Below the pieces are notes generated by a model. The model saw nothing but the letters and a program-made list of their open reading frames with translations. It ran no database searches and was not told where the DNA came from. Shown one piece after another: positions 1-9,489 of a stretch of 34,247 bases of DNA (position 1 is the first letter of the stretch; each line of letters starts with the position of its first letter). A program made the position numbers and the translations under genes. Location of the stretch: positions 1 through 34,247 of IMG/VR virus record IMGVR_UViG_3300012662_000006; one strand, given 5' to 3'. The stretch is from a virus.

Positions 1-77
1 GGTGAATATGCAAATCAAGCAGTAATAGATATGGCTGATAATGCAAATAAAATGGGTACTGATATGAGTAGTATTCA
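1..77. repeat. Left copy of exact 77-bp terminal overlap (identical to 34171-34247)
   Basis: Direct reading: ggtgaatatgcaaatcaagc...gatatgagtagtattca occurs at both window ends. Confidence 0.98.
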
Positions 78-1482
78 AAATGCATATCAAGGCTTTGCAA
101 AAGGTAATTATACGATGCTAGATAACCTTAAATTGGGTTATGGTGGTACAAAAACTGAGATGGAGAGATTATTAAAAGATGCTCAAAAAATCAGTGGTGT
201 AAAATATGATTTATCTAGTTTTGCGGATATTACTCAAGCAATTCATGTTATGCAAGAAAACATGGGAATAGCTGGAACAACTTCAAAAGAAGCAAGTTCT
301 ACTATTCAAGGATCTATTAATTCAATGAAATCTGCTTGGAAAAATGTAGTAAATGAACTTGCAACTGGTGGACATATATCTGGTTTTGAACATCTTGTAG
401 ATAATTTAGTTGAAAGTGTTGTAACAGTTGGCGATAATATAATGCCAAGAGTTGAAATAATTGTAAATGGAATAGTTCAATTAATAATGAGTTTATCAAA
501 AAGATTAGTTGATTATATGCCTAAATTATTAGACACTGGAATGAGTTTAATGCAAACTATTTTAGATGGTTTTATGTCTATGTTACCACAGTTAATACCA
601 ATTGCAGTTCAATTAATTAACAGTTTATCTTCTTTTATACTTCAAAATTTACCAACAATATTACAGGCAGGTATAACGTTATTAATGGAATTAATTAAAG
701 GTATATCTCAAGCACTTCCTGAACTTATACCAGTTGCAGTGAGATGCATTATGGATCTTGTAGATACATTATTAGATAATATTGACGAAGTAATTGAATG
801 TGGAATTGAATTACTTGTTGCTTTAACTGATGGTATTTTTAATGCTTTACCTGAATTAATATCTAGGTTACCTGAAATCATTGTAAAGATATCTGCTAAA
901 TTAATTGAATTAACTCCTGAATTATTAAGTTGTGTGTTAAGACTAATGGTTTCAATAGCAACTGGAATGGTTAAATATTCTGTTGAAATGGTTACAAGAA
1001 TACCTCAAATTATTAAGTCAGTTGTTAATGCATTTAATCAACATCTAAAAGATATAGTTAGTATTGGTAAAAATATGGTTAGCGGAATTTGGCAAGGAAT
1101 TTCAGGAAGTATTGATTGGATTAAAAATAAAATTAAAGGTTGGGTTGGAGATGTTACTAAGTTTTTTAAAAAATTATTTGGTATTAACTCACCATCAAGA
1201 TTATTTAAAGATGAAATTGGTACTAACTTAGCACTTGGAATTGGCGAAGGTTTTGGCGATACAATGAAAGATGTTTCAAGAGATATGGCTAATTCAATTC
1301 CTACTGAATTTGATGCAAATATAAATACTAATTATGGTACAAGTACTAATAATGTTTCAAATAATTATGATACTTATTTACAAGCATTTAAAGATGCATT
1401 AAAAGACGTAAAAGTTGTAATGAACAATCGAGAGATGGGGAATTTTGTTATTGATACAGTAGAAACGGCGGTGTATTCATAA
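1..1482 (+). CDS. Tail tape measure protein, C-terminal part (continues from 33370-34170 across the circular junction; about 760 aa in total)
   Basis: Frame 1 is open from base 1, so the ORF-track Met at 31 is internal. It has a long helical, Leu/Ile-rich repetitive middle and a C-terminal NSPSRLFKDEIG motif. It sits after the G/T chaperone and before the distal tail protein. Confidence 0.9.
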   Translation, partial: GEYANQAVIDMADNANKMGTDMSSIQNAYQGFAKGNYTMLDNLKLGYGGTKTEMERLLKDAQKISGVKYDLSSFADITQAIHVMQENMGIAGTTSKEASSTIQGSINSMKSAWKNVVNELATGGHISGFEHLVDNLVESVVTVGDNIMPRVEIIVNGIVQLIMSLSKRLVDYMPKLLDTGMSLMQTILDGFMSMLPQLIPIAVQLINSLSSFILQNLPTILQAGITLLMELIKGISQALPELIPVAVRCIMDLVDTLLDNIDEVIECGIELLVALTDGIFNALPELISRLPEIIVKISAKLIELTPELLSCVLRLMVSIATGMVKYSVEMVTRIPQIIKSVVNAFNQHLKDIVSIGKNMVSGIWQGISGSIDWIKNKIKGWVGDVTKFFKKLFGINSPSRLFKDEIGTNLALGIGEGFGDTMKDVSRDMANSIPTEFDANINTNYGTSTNNVSNNYDTYLQAFKDALKDVKVVMNNREMGNFVIDTVETAVYS

Positions 1483-2180
1483 TGAATAGTATTAATTGGA
1501 AAGGCATTGATAGTGAATCCATAGAAGGACTATTAATTTGTGAATTACCTCCGATTTCTAAACCAAAAATGAGAATAAAAGAAACTGTTATTGATGGAGT
1601 AGATGGATCCTTTATCGAAGAATTAGGTTATGAATCTTATGATAAAACTATGAAAATTGGACTAACGAGAGATTATGATATAGATGAAGTGATGGATTAT
1701 TTTAATGGCGAAGGTAATTTAATTTTTAGTAATGAAGAGGATAAATTATACAAAGCCAAGATAATAAATCAAATAGATTATCAAAGACTGTTAAGGTTTA
1801 AAACTGCTAATGTAACGTTTAGAGTACAACCTTTTAAGTATTCAACTAGTGAAGTATCTAAAAAGGTTGATATAACAGATGAAACAAGCATTAATGTTTA
1901 TAATAATGGAAATGTGGTAAGTAAACCTCAAATTAAAATATATGGCTCTGGTGTTATTAATTTTAAATTAGAAGGTAGAACTATATTTGATTATACATTT
2001 TCTTCAGATGATACTTATGTTGTTATTGATAGTGATAAACAGGATGCTTATGTAGGTAGTATTTTAAAAAATAGACGTATGAGTGGCGATTTTCCCATTT
2101 TTCAAAAAGGGAAAAATACTATTTCATGGGATGGAACAATTACTAAAATTGAGATAAGTAATTGTTCGAGATGGATTTAG
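1482..2180 (+). CDS. Distal tail protein (Dit; siphovirus tail component family)
   Basis: TAATG overlap with the tape-measure stop. The N-terminus (MNSINWKGIDS...VIDGVDGSF) and the position are typical of Dit. Confidence 0.75.
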   Translation: MNSINWKGIDSESIEGLLICELPPISKPKMRIKETVIDGVDGSFIEELGYESYDKTMKIGLTRDYDIDEVMDYFNGEGNLIFSNEEDKLYKAKIINQIDYQRLLRFKTANVTFRVQPFKYSTSEVSKKVDITDETSINVYNNGNVVSKPQIKIYGSGVINFKLEGRTIFDYTFSSDDTYVVIDSDKQDAYVGSILKNRRMSGDFPIFQKGKNTISWDGTITKIEISNCSRWI

Positions 2181-2195
2181 GAAAGGAGCATAAAT

Positions 2196-2531
2196 ATGAA
2201 AAGAGTTAGAAAATTAACTAGAGGAGATACTTTATCTTTAGAGGTGGAAATAACTGAAAACGGGGAATATCAAACAGTAGATGATATGTTTTTTACTGTA
2301 AAAGAAAGTTATAGTGCTGATGAAATTTTATTCCAAAAGAAAATTGGCGATGGGATCGAATTGAAAGATAATAAATATTTAATTTCAATTTCTCCAGAAG
2401 ATACAAATGATTTTGAATATAAACAATATGTTTATGATATTGAAATTATTAAAGGAAATATTAAAAAGACTTTGGAAGTTGGTATTTTACGTATTTGTGA
2501 TGAAGTAACATTTGCAGTAGATGAGGTGTAG
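2196..2531 (+). CDS. Hypothetical tail-associated protein (111 aa)
   Basis: SD GGAGC/AAAGGAG lies upstream. The gene is tightly packed between Dit and the tail-tip genes. No motif recognised. Confidence 0.7.
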   Translation: MKRVRKLTRGDTLSLEVEITENGEYQTVDDMFFTVKESYSADEILFQKKIGDGIELKDNKYLISISPEDTNDFEYKQYVYDIEIIKGNIKKTLEVGILRICDEVTFAVDEV

Positions 2532-2533
2532 TT

Positions 2534-4183
2534 ATGAAATATAAGATAAGAGAAAAATTATTTGGAGCAAATAAATCAAATGCAACAGGAACGTCAATGA
2601 CTTTAAATGACACTGTTAAATATCCGATAAAAAAATTGACAATTGACGGTGTATGCAAACAAGAAACGACTACTGGAAAAAATTTATTAGATTATGTAAG
2701 TAATATAATTTCATCTGCTAATGGTTTTACGAATACTTTAAATGAAGATGGAAGTATTACAACTTCTGGAAAGCCAAAAGCAAATTATTCATCGGTAACA
2801 AAAACAACTGATATAACTGATATTTTAGAAGATGAACAAACATATACAATTTCCCGAGGAAATGCAAGTAATAAAGTATATGTTCAAATTGTGGCTAAAA
2901 AAGTCGATGGGACATATACATATATTAATAGCATAAGCGGAAGTAATTCATTTAAAGTAAACAAAACACTTTATACAAATTATAGTATAATGATACAAAC
3001 AAACACTATTAATAATTGGGGAGATTCCTCTTTAACAATAACTAATAAATATATGTTATGTAAAGGAACAGATACTGCTGATACATCATTTGAACCTTAT
3101 ACTGGAGGACAACCAAGTCCTAGTCCTGATTATCCACAAGAAATTAGTGTATTAACTGGAGATATTAAAGTAACAAGTTGTGTAAAGAATTTATTCAATG
3201 TAATTGATTACACAAAAATTAGTATTGGTTCAGCTGGTCTGAGTACAGTAACTAAAGCAACAAATAAAATAACTGTTAAACCAAATGCAACAAGAAATAG
3301 TAGTGGTATGTATATATTATTATCTAATATATTAAAATATGTTGATAATATTGATGTATCTAAGCAATATACAATAAGTATGGACATTAATATTTCTAAT
3401 TCGGCTTTATTAAAATATGGTTGGGAAGCACTACCAACTAGTAAAACTTTTGGAAAAGGTTTATATAGAATATCAAGCAAAAATACCCCAACATCTTCAT
3501 TTATTCTATATGGTATGCAAGCCGATACCGATATTGAAGTTACAAATATCATGATAAGTTTAGATGATGATACTTACGAACCTTATCAAGACTCATCTTT
3601 AAATATCACTATTCCTGAAAATGAATTTGTAGGTAAAATTGGAGATGTTAAAGATACATTAAATGTAGTTTATAAAAACGATGGACATTATCATTTAATC
3701 TTAAACAAAATGATAGGTAAAGTTGTTTTAGATGGGGTAACTAATTATGTAACTTCTATTAATTTACGTAATGGAAATCATACAGTATGTAATTATGTAA
3801 ATAGTGATATTAAAATATTAGAAAGTGAAACTATAATTATTGCAAATAAACTTATTGGAACAACATTATCAAAAACATGGAACGGTAATATTCTATATTC
3901 GATTGGCCAATCAACTAATGGTCATTATTTACAATTATGTTTACCATCAACTTTTACAACATCAGAACAAATAAACAATTGGTTAAAAGATAATCCGACA
4001 ATAATATATTATATTTTAGAAACACCTTATGAGATAGATTTAGGAATAGTAGACCAATTACTAACATTTGATGAAATAACTAATATATTCACTGATTCTA
4101 ATTTATATCCAGTTATAAATGTTGATTATTATAGTGGATCATTAGATATAAGTAATTATGAATATTTTATAAAAGAGGTATAA
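2534..4183 (+). CDS. Putative tail fibre / receptor-binding protein (549 aa)
   Basis: It lies in the tail module. It has two module starts, TTGKNLLD and CVKNLFN, separated by a PSPDYPQEI linker, and is Ser/Thr/Asn-rich. Confidence 0.6.
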   Translation: MKYKIREKLFGANKSNATGTSMTLNDTVKYPIKKLTIDGVCKQETTTGKNLLDYVSNIISSANGFTNTLNEDGSITTSGKPKANYSSVTKTTDITDILEDEQTYTISRGNASNKVYVQIVAKKVDGTYTYINSISGSNSFKVNKTLYTNYSIMIQTNTINNWGDSSLTITNKYMLCKGTDTADTSFEPYTGGQPSPSPDYPQEISVLTGDIKVTSCVKNLFNVIDYTKISIGSAGLSTVTKATNKITVKPNATRNSSGMYILLSNILKYVDNIDVSKQYTISMDINISNSALLKYGWEALPTSKTFGKGLYRISSKNTPTSSFILYGMQADTDIEVTNIMISLDDDTYEPYQDSSLNITIPENEFVGKIGDVKDTLNVVYKNDGHYHLILNKMIGKVVLDGVTNYVTSINLRNGNHTVCNYVNSDIKILESETIIIANKLIGTTLSKTWNGNILYSIGQSTNGHYLQLCLPSTFTTSEQINNWLKDNPTIIYYILETPYEIDLGIVDQLLTFDEITNIFTDSNLYPVINVDYYSGSLDISNYEYFIKEV

Positions 4184-4185
4184 AT

Positions 4186-5841
4186 ATGTTATGTGTTTAT
4201 GAAGGAACTGAAAAATTATTTAATAATAATGGAATTAAAGTATTACATCCTTTATTTGCTGAAATAACAAAAAAAGATAATAGTGATTATTATTTAGAAT
4301 TAGAAGACGTATTAGATAATCTTGATTATTATCAAAAAGGATTAATTATAAGAACAGATACTCCGTGGGGCAAGCAAGGATTTAGATGTGATAAACCAAT
4401 TGTTAAAAATGATAGAGTGTCATGTAAAGCATGGCACTTATCTTATGACAGTAAATATTATATAGTAAAAGATGCTTATTCAGTAGATAAAAATTGTAAT
4501 GATGCATTAGATCATTTTAATAATTCTACTGATAGAAAGAGCCCATTTACAACTATTAGTGATATTTCTAAAACACTAAGTTCAAGAATGGTTACTAAAA
4601 CGTTATTTGAAATTTATGAAAATTTTATTTCAGAAGATATGTATGGTGGTCACTGGTACAGAGATAATTGGACATTAGGCATTAAAGCAAACATAGGACA
4701 AGAAAGAGATGTGGTATTATCTTATAATAAAAATATATCTGATTTTGAAATTAGTGAAAATTGGGATGATGTTTGTACTAAAATACTTTCTTATACAACT
4801 GATGGAGAACAAAGAATTTATTTAGATAAACCTTTTTTAGATTCTGATTATCTTTTTATGTATAATATTACATATGCAAAAGTGGTTAAATTTGATAATC
4901 CATATGATAAAAATGATTACGAAGATTACTCTACCTTTTTATCTGATACTAAAGCATGGCTTAAAAATGCAGCTTTAGAATATTTAGAGAAAAATAAAAC
5001 ACCAAAATTTAATTGTTCTGTTAGTTCACCTATAAAGAATGTAAATGATATTGGAGATACTATTTATGTGAAACATTCAAAATGTAATATTAATTTTTAT
5101 GCTTATGTTACAGGTATTAAGTATGATTGTATTAGTCAAAAATATACTAAAATTGAATTTGGAAATTTTAAAAATGAAATTAAAAATTTACAACAACAAA
5201 TTACTGGTGAAATTAAAAAGACAACAGAAGAAACAGTAAAAGAAAGTCATATATTATTACAAGACGAATTAAATCAGGCAACTTCAAAGTTTAATGATAT
5301 GTTAGGAAGCTCATACAAAATAATTGAAGAAGATAAAATAATGTTTGTAGATAAATTACCTAAAGAAGAAGCAAAATATGTTTTAAAGATTTCAAATGGT
5401 GGAATAGGATTTAGTTCTACTGGAATTAATGGAACATTTACTAGTGCTTGGACTTTAGATGGTACTTTAAATATGAATGCTATTAATGTAATTAATTTAA
5501 CTGCCTCTTTAATAAAAGGCGGTGTTTTAAAGTTGGGTGGAATAAATAATTCGAGTGGTACTTTTGAATTATATGATGAAACAGGTAAATTGATTTGTTT
5601 ACAAGATAAAACAGGTTTAACGTGTTATGCAGCAAATGGTGATTACGTAAAACTAAATGCGGAAGTTGGATTTGCTGGATTTAATAAAAACAATGTTAAA
5701 TCATTTTGGGCTGATGGCAATGTTTTTCATATGGAAAATGCAGAAGTAGAAAATGAATTACAAGTTGCAGGTATGATTAAATTTGTACCTGTAAATACAA
5801 CTGCAAATAAAGGAATTGGAATTGTTGCAATTTCTAGTTAG
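4186..5841 (+). CDS. Tail-associated lysin-like / minor structural protein (Tal; prophage tail endopeptidase-type N-terminus)
   Basis: The N-terminus MLCVYEGTEKLFNNNGIKVLHP...QGFRCDKP...CKAWHLSYD resembles the phage minor structural protein N-terminal region. The position is in the tail tip module. Confidence 0.7.
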   Translation: MLCVYEGTEKLFNNNGIKVLHPLFAEITKKDNSDYYLELEDVLDNLDYYQKGLIIRTDTPWGKQGFRCDKPIVKNDRVSCKAWHLSYDSKYYIVKDAYSVDKNCNDALDHFNNSTDRKSPFTTISDISKTLSSRMVTKTLFEIYENFISEDMYGGHWYRDNWTLGIKANIGQERDVVLSYNKNISDFEISENWDDVCTKILSYTTDGEQRIYLDKPFLDSDYLFMYNITYAKVVKFDNPYDKNDYEDYSTFLSDTKAWLKNAALEYLEKNKTPKFNCSVSSPIKNVNDIGDTIYVKHSKCNINFYAYVTGIKYDCISQKYTKIEFGNFKNEIKNLQQQITGEIKKTTEETVKESHILLQDELNQATSKFNDMLGSSYKIIEEDKIMFVDKLPKEEAKYVLKISNGGIGFSSTGINGTFTSAWTLDGTLNMNAINVINLTASLIKGGVLKLGGINNSSGTFELYDETGKLICLQDKTGLTCYAANGDYVKLNAEVGFAGFNKNNVKSFWADGNVFHMENAEVENELQVAGMIKFVPVNTTANKGIGIVAISS

Positions 5842-5851
5842 GAAGTGAAAA

Positions 5852-7846
5852 ATGGCAAAGATTTCAAAAAAAGGTGCTAAAGGGCATCATACATTTACCT
5901 TTAATTTAACAGAAGTATCTACAAGTATTAGTGATAATACTAGCACAATGAATTATAGTTTTGTTATAACAGATGATTCAAATTATTTTTGGAGATCATA
6001 TGCAAAAAAAATATCATATAAATTAACAGCTAATGGCTCTGTAATAGCAAGTGGTTATATTCCAAATCATACTAGTAAAACTGAAACAATCACATCAGGC
6101 TCATTTACAGTACCTCATAATGATGATGGTACTAAAACAATAGATTATAGTTTTACTGTAACTGATAGTGCAAATCAAAGTTATACGTCAGGTAATGCGA
6201 GTCAAAGTGGAACCTTAAGTTTAAGTACAATTCCAAGATATTTATCAATAAGCAGTCTTAAGATTTTAAGTGTAACAGAAACAAGTGCAATCATAAATTG
6301 GATTACAAGTGATGCAGCTAGTGAAATATTATACAGTCTTGATGATGGTGTATCCTGGATTAATTCTAACACTTCTGGAGAAATTGTATCTGATGATAAA
6401 AAAAGCGGTTTCTTTAATGTTTATAATTTAAGCGAAAATACTACTTATAATTTTAAAATTAAAGCAAAAAGAAGCGATAGTGGTTTATATACTGAAAGTG
6501 ATACAAAGGCTTTAACTACTTATAGTTATCCATATTGTATTGAAACACCTGATTTTACAATAGGCAATATAGTTAAATTAAATATATATAATCCTCTTCA
6601 AAGAACAATTTCAATTAAAGGAATATCAAAAAGCAATAATGTTGCTTTTTTTGAAAAAACAAATTTTAATGGTACATCTTTATCATGTTTTAATGAAGAA
6701 GAAAATATCACAAAATTATATTCAAGTATTCCAAATTCGCAAAATGGAAATTATAAAGTTGATGTTATATATAATTCGATAACAAAAACAACTGATAATA
6801 ACAATAAATATTTCATTAAAGGAACTGAAACTCCTACCGTTGGAACTATCACTTATCAAGATATCGATTCAACAGTTACTGCTATTACTCAAAACGATCA
6901 ACATATAGTTCAAAATGTATCAAATTTAAAAGTTAGTTATACAAGTGCTACTGCCAAAAATGGTGCATCAATTTCTAAATATACATTTGTATTAAATGGA
7001 GTTGTAAAAGAAAGTACAAGTGCAAGTGATACGATTGATTTTGGAAAGGTAAATGTTTCTAAAGATATAGATTTAACTATGACAGTTATTGACACTAGAG
7101 GTTTAACATCTTCTACAACTAAAAAAATATTGATATTAGCACATAATGATCCAACAGCAATAGTAACACTTAATAGATTAAATAATTATGAAGATGAAAC
7201 GTATTTAACAGTTGATGGCTCAATATCAAGTGTAAACTCTAAAAACTCAATGATTATTAAATATAGATATAAATTATTGGATGGAAATTATAATGATTTT
7301 ATAACTATTAATGATAATACAAAGCAAACTTTAACATTAGATAAAAATAATATTTATATATTCAATGTATTAATAACTGATAGTTTTGGTGGCACTTATG
7401 ATAAAGAATTTACGTTAAATAAAGGCATTTTTCCTTTATATATTGATACGGTTTTAAATAGTGTTGGTATAAATTGCTTTCCATCTAAAGAACATAGTTT
7501 TGAAGTAAACGGTTTAGATCTATTTAATATTATAAATAACTTTAATAATTCAATAAAGGGAATTTTATTAAATGGTGACGATGGGTTGAAAATCAATATT
7601 AGAAATTATGGATCAATAAATAAAATTCCAATTATAATTCTTGGAGCTGATAGTTCAAACTTAATTCCTGTATTAACTGTTGTTCATTTTAAACCAACTG
7701 AAAATTTTGGTTATAAAAATTTAGGTATAGAAAAATCAGTAACAATGAGTGGAACTGCTATTCATATTGATGCTGCTAAAGGATCATATTACTTTGTGAT
7801 AGCACCACCAATTTGTGAAATGGAATTAACAAATAATGCATTATAA
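5852..7846 (+). CDS. Tail fibre / host-recognition protein with fibronectin type III-like domain (664 aa)
   Basis: FN3-like stretch: LKILSVTETSAIINWITSD...YNLSENTTYNFKIKAKR. It is the last structural gene before the lysis cassette. Confidence 0.65.
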   Translation: MAKISKKGAKGHHTFTFNLTEVSTSISDNTSTMNYSFVITDDSNYFWRSYAKKISYKLTANGSVIASGYIPNHTSKTETITSGSFTVPHNDDGTKTIDYSFTVTDSANQSYTSGNASQSGTLSLSTIPRYLSISSLKILSVTETSAIINWITSDAASEILYSLDDGVSWINSNTSGEIVSDDKKSGFFNVYNLSENTTYNFKIKAKRSDSGLYTESDTKALTTYSYPYCIETPDFTIGNIVKLNIYNPLQRTISIKGISKSNNVAFFEKTNFNGTSLSCFNEEENITKLYSSIPNSQNGNYKVDVIYNSITKTTDNNNKYFIKGTETPTVGTITYQDIDSTVTAITQNDQHIVQNVSNLKVSYTSATAKNGASISKYTFVLNGVVKESTSASDTIDFGKVNVSKDIDLTMTVIDTRGLTSSTTKKILILAHNDPTAIVTLNRLNNYEDETYLTVDGSISSVNSKNSMIIKYRYKLLDGNYNDFITINDNTKQTLTLDKNNIYIFNVLITDSFGGTYDKEFTLNKGIFPLYIDTVLNSVGINCFPSKEHSFEVNGLDLFNIINNFNNSIKGILLNGDDGLKINIRNYGSINKIPIIILGADSSNLIPVLTVVHFKPTENFGYKNLGIEKSVTMSGTAIHIDAAKGSYYFVIAPPICEMELTNNAL

Positions 7847-7859
7847 GGTGGTGATTTTA

Positions 7860-8213
7860 GTGGATAATTTAACTTTAGGAGATTTAGCAAAAGGGTTAGC
7901 ATTTATAGTTGGACTTATTAGTTCAGTTGTTTATTTAAAAAAGGGAACTATTAAAGGAATTGCTTCAGTAATAGATGAACGATTGGATCTTATAAAAAAA
8001 GAAGTAGAAAATTTAAAAGAAGAAACATCTAAGAATAATTTATCAAGTATAAAAACTGATTTAATTAATTTAATGGAACTTGCAGATAAAGAAAAAATAT
8101 CTCCAGAACAAAAAATGAGAAGTTATGAATTATATGATTATTATTGCAAGCACGGTGGTAATAGTTATGTCCATGACAAATGGGAAAGATTAAAGAAAGA
8201 AGGTAAGATATAA
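7860..8213 (+). CDS. Membrane-anchored coiled-coil protein upstream of holin (XhlA-like position)
   Basis: SD AAGGTGGTGA (7845-7854) precedes GTG 7860. The ORF-track start at 7836 overlaps the previous gene. It has an N-terminal TM segment (LAKGLAFIVGLISSVVYL) followed by a coiled coil. Confidence 0.6.
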   Translation: MDNLTLGDLAKGLAFIVGLISSVVYLKKGTIKGIASVIDERLDLIKKEVENLKEETSKNNLSSIKTDLINLMELADKEKISPEQKMRSYELYDYYCKHGGNSYVHDKWERLKKEGKI

Positions 8214-8491
8214 TGGAAAATTTTTTAACATGGGACGTATTAAAAACTTATGCTAGTTTTGTGTCAATTGTATTTATGGTAGTAGAATTTACAAAAGAAT
8301 TAAAATGGGTTAAAAAAATTCCAACAAGATATTGGAGTTTTATTATTTCATCTATTTTATTAACAATAACTAATTTAGTTATTGGAACATTTAGATTTGT
8401 AGATATTATTTTATATTTACTGACATCTGTAGCTATAAGTTTAGGATCTAATGGTTTAAGTAATTTTAATGATAAGAAAGAAGGTAAATAA
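8213..8491 (+). CDS. Holin (92 aa, about 3 TM segments, charged C-terminus)
   Basis: Hydrophobic segments: SFVSIVFMVV, YWSFIISSILLTITNLVIG and IILYLLTSVAISLG. The tail is NDKKEGK. It lies directly upstream of the endolysin. Confidence 0.75.
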   Translation: MENFLTWDVLKTYASFVSIVFMVVEFTKELKWVKKIPTRYWSFIISSILLTITNLVIGTFRFVDIILYLLTSVAISLGSNGLSNFNDKKEGK

Positions 8492-9202
8492 ATGATAAAA
8501 TTAAAATATCCATTAAAATTTGTAGGGATAACACAAGATTTTTCTTCAGAACATCGTGCTAATGATTTAGGATGGAATAATGCATATGGTGGCAAAAATG
8601 CAAATATTTATGCATGTGGCGATGGTGTTGTAGAAAGTATTAGAGATGGTAGAAATAATTCGATGGTTGATGGCGATAGTGGAAACTATGTAACAATCTC
8701 ATATTCAGACGGATATGAAACAAGAACTTGTCATATGTTAAAAGGCTCTATAACCGTCAAGAAGGGCGATAAAGTTACCAGAGATACCATTATAGGTAAA
8801 ATGGGAAATAGTGGTTATTGTGGAAGAAATAAAGCATATCACGTTCATTTTATTGTTTGGAAAAATGGTGTTAGAGTAAATCCTAGAGAACATGTATATG
8901 TTTATGCTGATAATGTTGTTGCTAAAGCAAATAAATATGATCTACTTTATTATACTGGTGAAGAAGAAAAAACAACTACACCTGTTGATAATAAAAAGTA
9001 TATTATTATCAATGCTAAAAGTGGTGTGTGGTGTAGAAAAGGAATAGGATTTAAATATTCTAAATATAAAGCAATACCATATGGAACAAAATGTGAATTA
9101 GTAGAAAAGAATGTTGGAACAGCTAATAATTATAAATGGGATAAAATTATTTATAATGGTGTAACAGTATATCTTCCAAATAATTGGAATAAATATCTAT
9201 AA
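8492..9202 (+). CDS. Endolysin: M23 (LytM-type) metallopeptidase + C-terminal SH3b-like cell-wall binding domain
   Basis: HxxxD (HRAND) and HxH (HVHF) motifs with GNSGY. The C-terminus (GVWCRKG...YKWDKIIYNGVTVYLP) is SH3b-like. Confidence 0.8.
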   Translation: MIKLKYPLKFVGITQDFSSEHRANDLGWNNAYGGKNANIYACGDGVVESIRDGRNNSMVDGDSGNYVTISYSDGYETRTCHMLKGSITVKKGDKVTRDTIIGKMGNSGYCGRNKAYHVHFIVWKNGVRVNPREHVYVYADNVVAKANKYDLLYYTGEEEKTTTPVDNKKYIIINAKSGVWCRKGIGFKYSKYKAIPYGTKCELVEKNVGTANNYKWDKIIYNGVTVYLPNNWNKYL

Positions 9203-9206
9203 TATT

Positions 9207-9247
9207 ATAAGGTAGGGAATATTAGAGTTCCTTACCTTATTTTTTTA
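9207..9247 (+). terminator. Rho-independent terminator of late/lysis operon
   Basis: An 11-bp stem pairs ataaggtaggg with ccttaccttat (one G.U), followed by a T7 run 5 nt after the endolysin stop. Confidence 0.8.
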
Positions 9248-9289
9248 TTTGAAAAAATATTTGATAATATATTTTAATAAAACATTAAT

Positions 9290-9315
9290 TTCATGGTAAT
9301 TTTCATGGTAATTTT
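9290..9315 (+). repeat. attP left arm: two tandem arm-type integrase sites TCATGGTAAT (13-bp period)
   Basis: TCATGGTAAT occurs at 9291-9300 and 9304-9313. Confidence 0.7.
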
Positions 9316-9432
9316 TGTTAAAAATAAGATTTTATGCATGCAAAATTGAATTTATTGTTTCCCATACAGGTCACCATTAAAATTGATAAATTGCCTTAAA
9401 ATAAGGCTTTTTTTAGTTTTTATAGTTTAAAA
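9316..9432. other. Probable attP core region (between arm-site clusters)
   Basis: Flanked by 2+3 same-orientation arm repeats. Contains the palindrome TGCATGCA (9335-9342), a short open frame ending at TAA 9397-9399, and a hairpin terminator. Confidence 0.5.
9393..9414 (+). terminator. Compact intrinsic terminator inside attP (possible mimic of the host target gene's 3' end)
   Basis: Stem GCCTTA/TAAGGC plus a T7 run. No phage gene upstream needs it, because the lysin terminator is already at 9207-9247. Confidence 0.55.
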
Positions 9433-9488
9433 TTCATGGTAACTTTCCATGTTTTCCACATGTTCCGTGGTAATTTCATGGTAATTTT
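9433..9488 (+). repeat. attP right arm: three arm-type sites (TCATGGTAAC, CCGTGGTAAT, TCATGGTAAT) plus degenerate TTCCAYG copies
   Basis: Sites at 9434-9443, 9465-9474 and 9476-9485, all in the same orientation as the left arm. They abut the integrase stop. Confidence 0.7.
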
Positions 9489-9489
9489 T

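Noticed and set aside
1-77. The 77-bp end duplication as a genuine phage direct terminal repeat
   Set aside because: It lies in the middle of the tape-measure coding sequence, and its length equals a common assembler k-mer. Real terminal repeats or cos ends are expected near the terminase genes, at about 24.8 kb.
3208-3552. Minus-strand ORFs embedded in plus-strand structural/early genes (317-499, 2461-2658, 3208-3552, 7396-7596, 8248-8595, 18008-18271, 19299-19502, 22980-23201, 25358-25549, 26019-26249, 29031-29237, 31560-31829, 32861-33151)
   Set aside because: All lie antisense to well-supported genes. They have no SD, show Leu/Ile/Phe/Ser-rich composition typical of AT-rich antisense frames, and contain no recognisable motifs. 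I treat them as non-coding.
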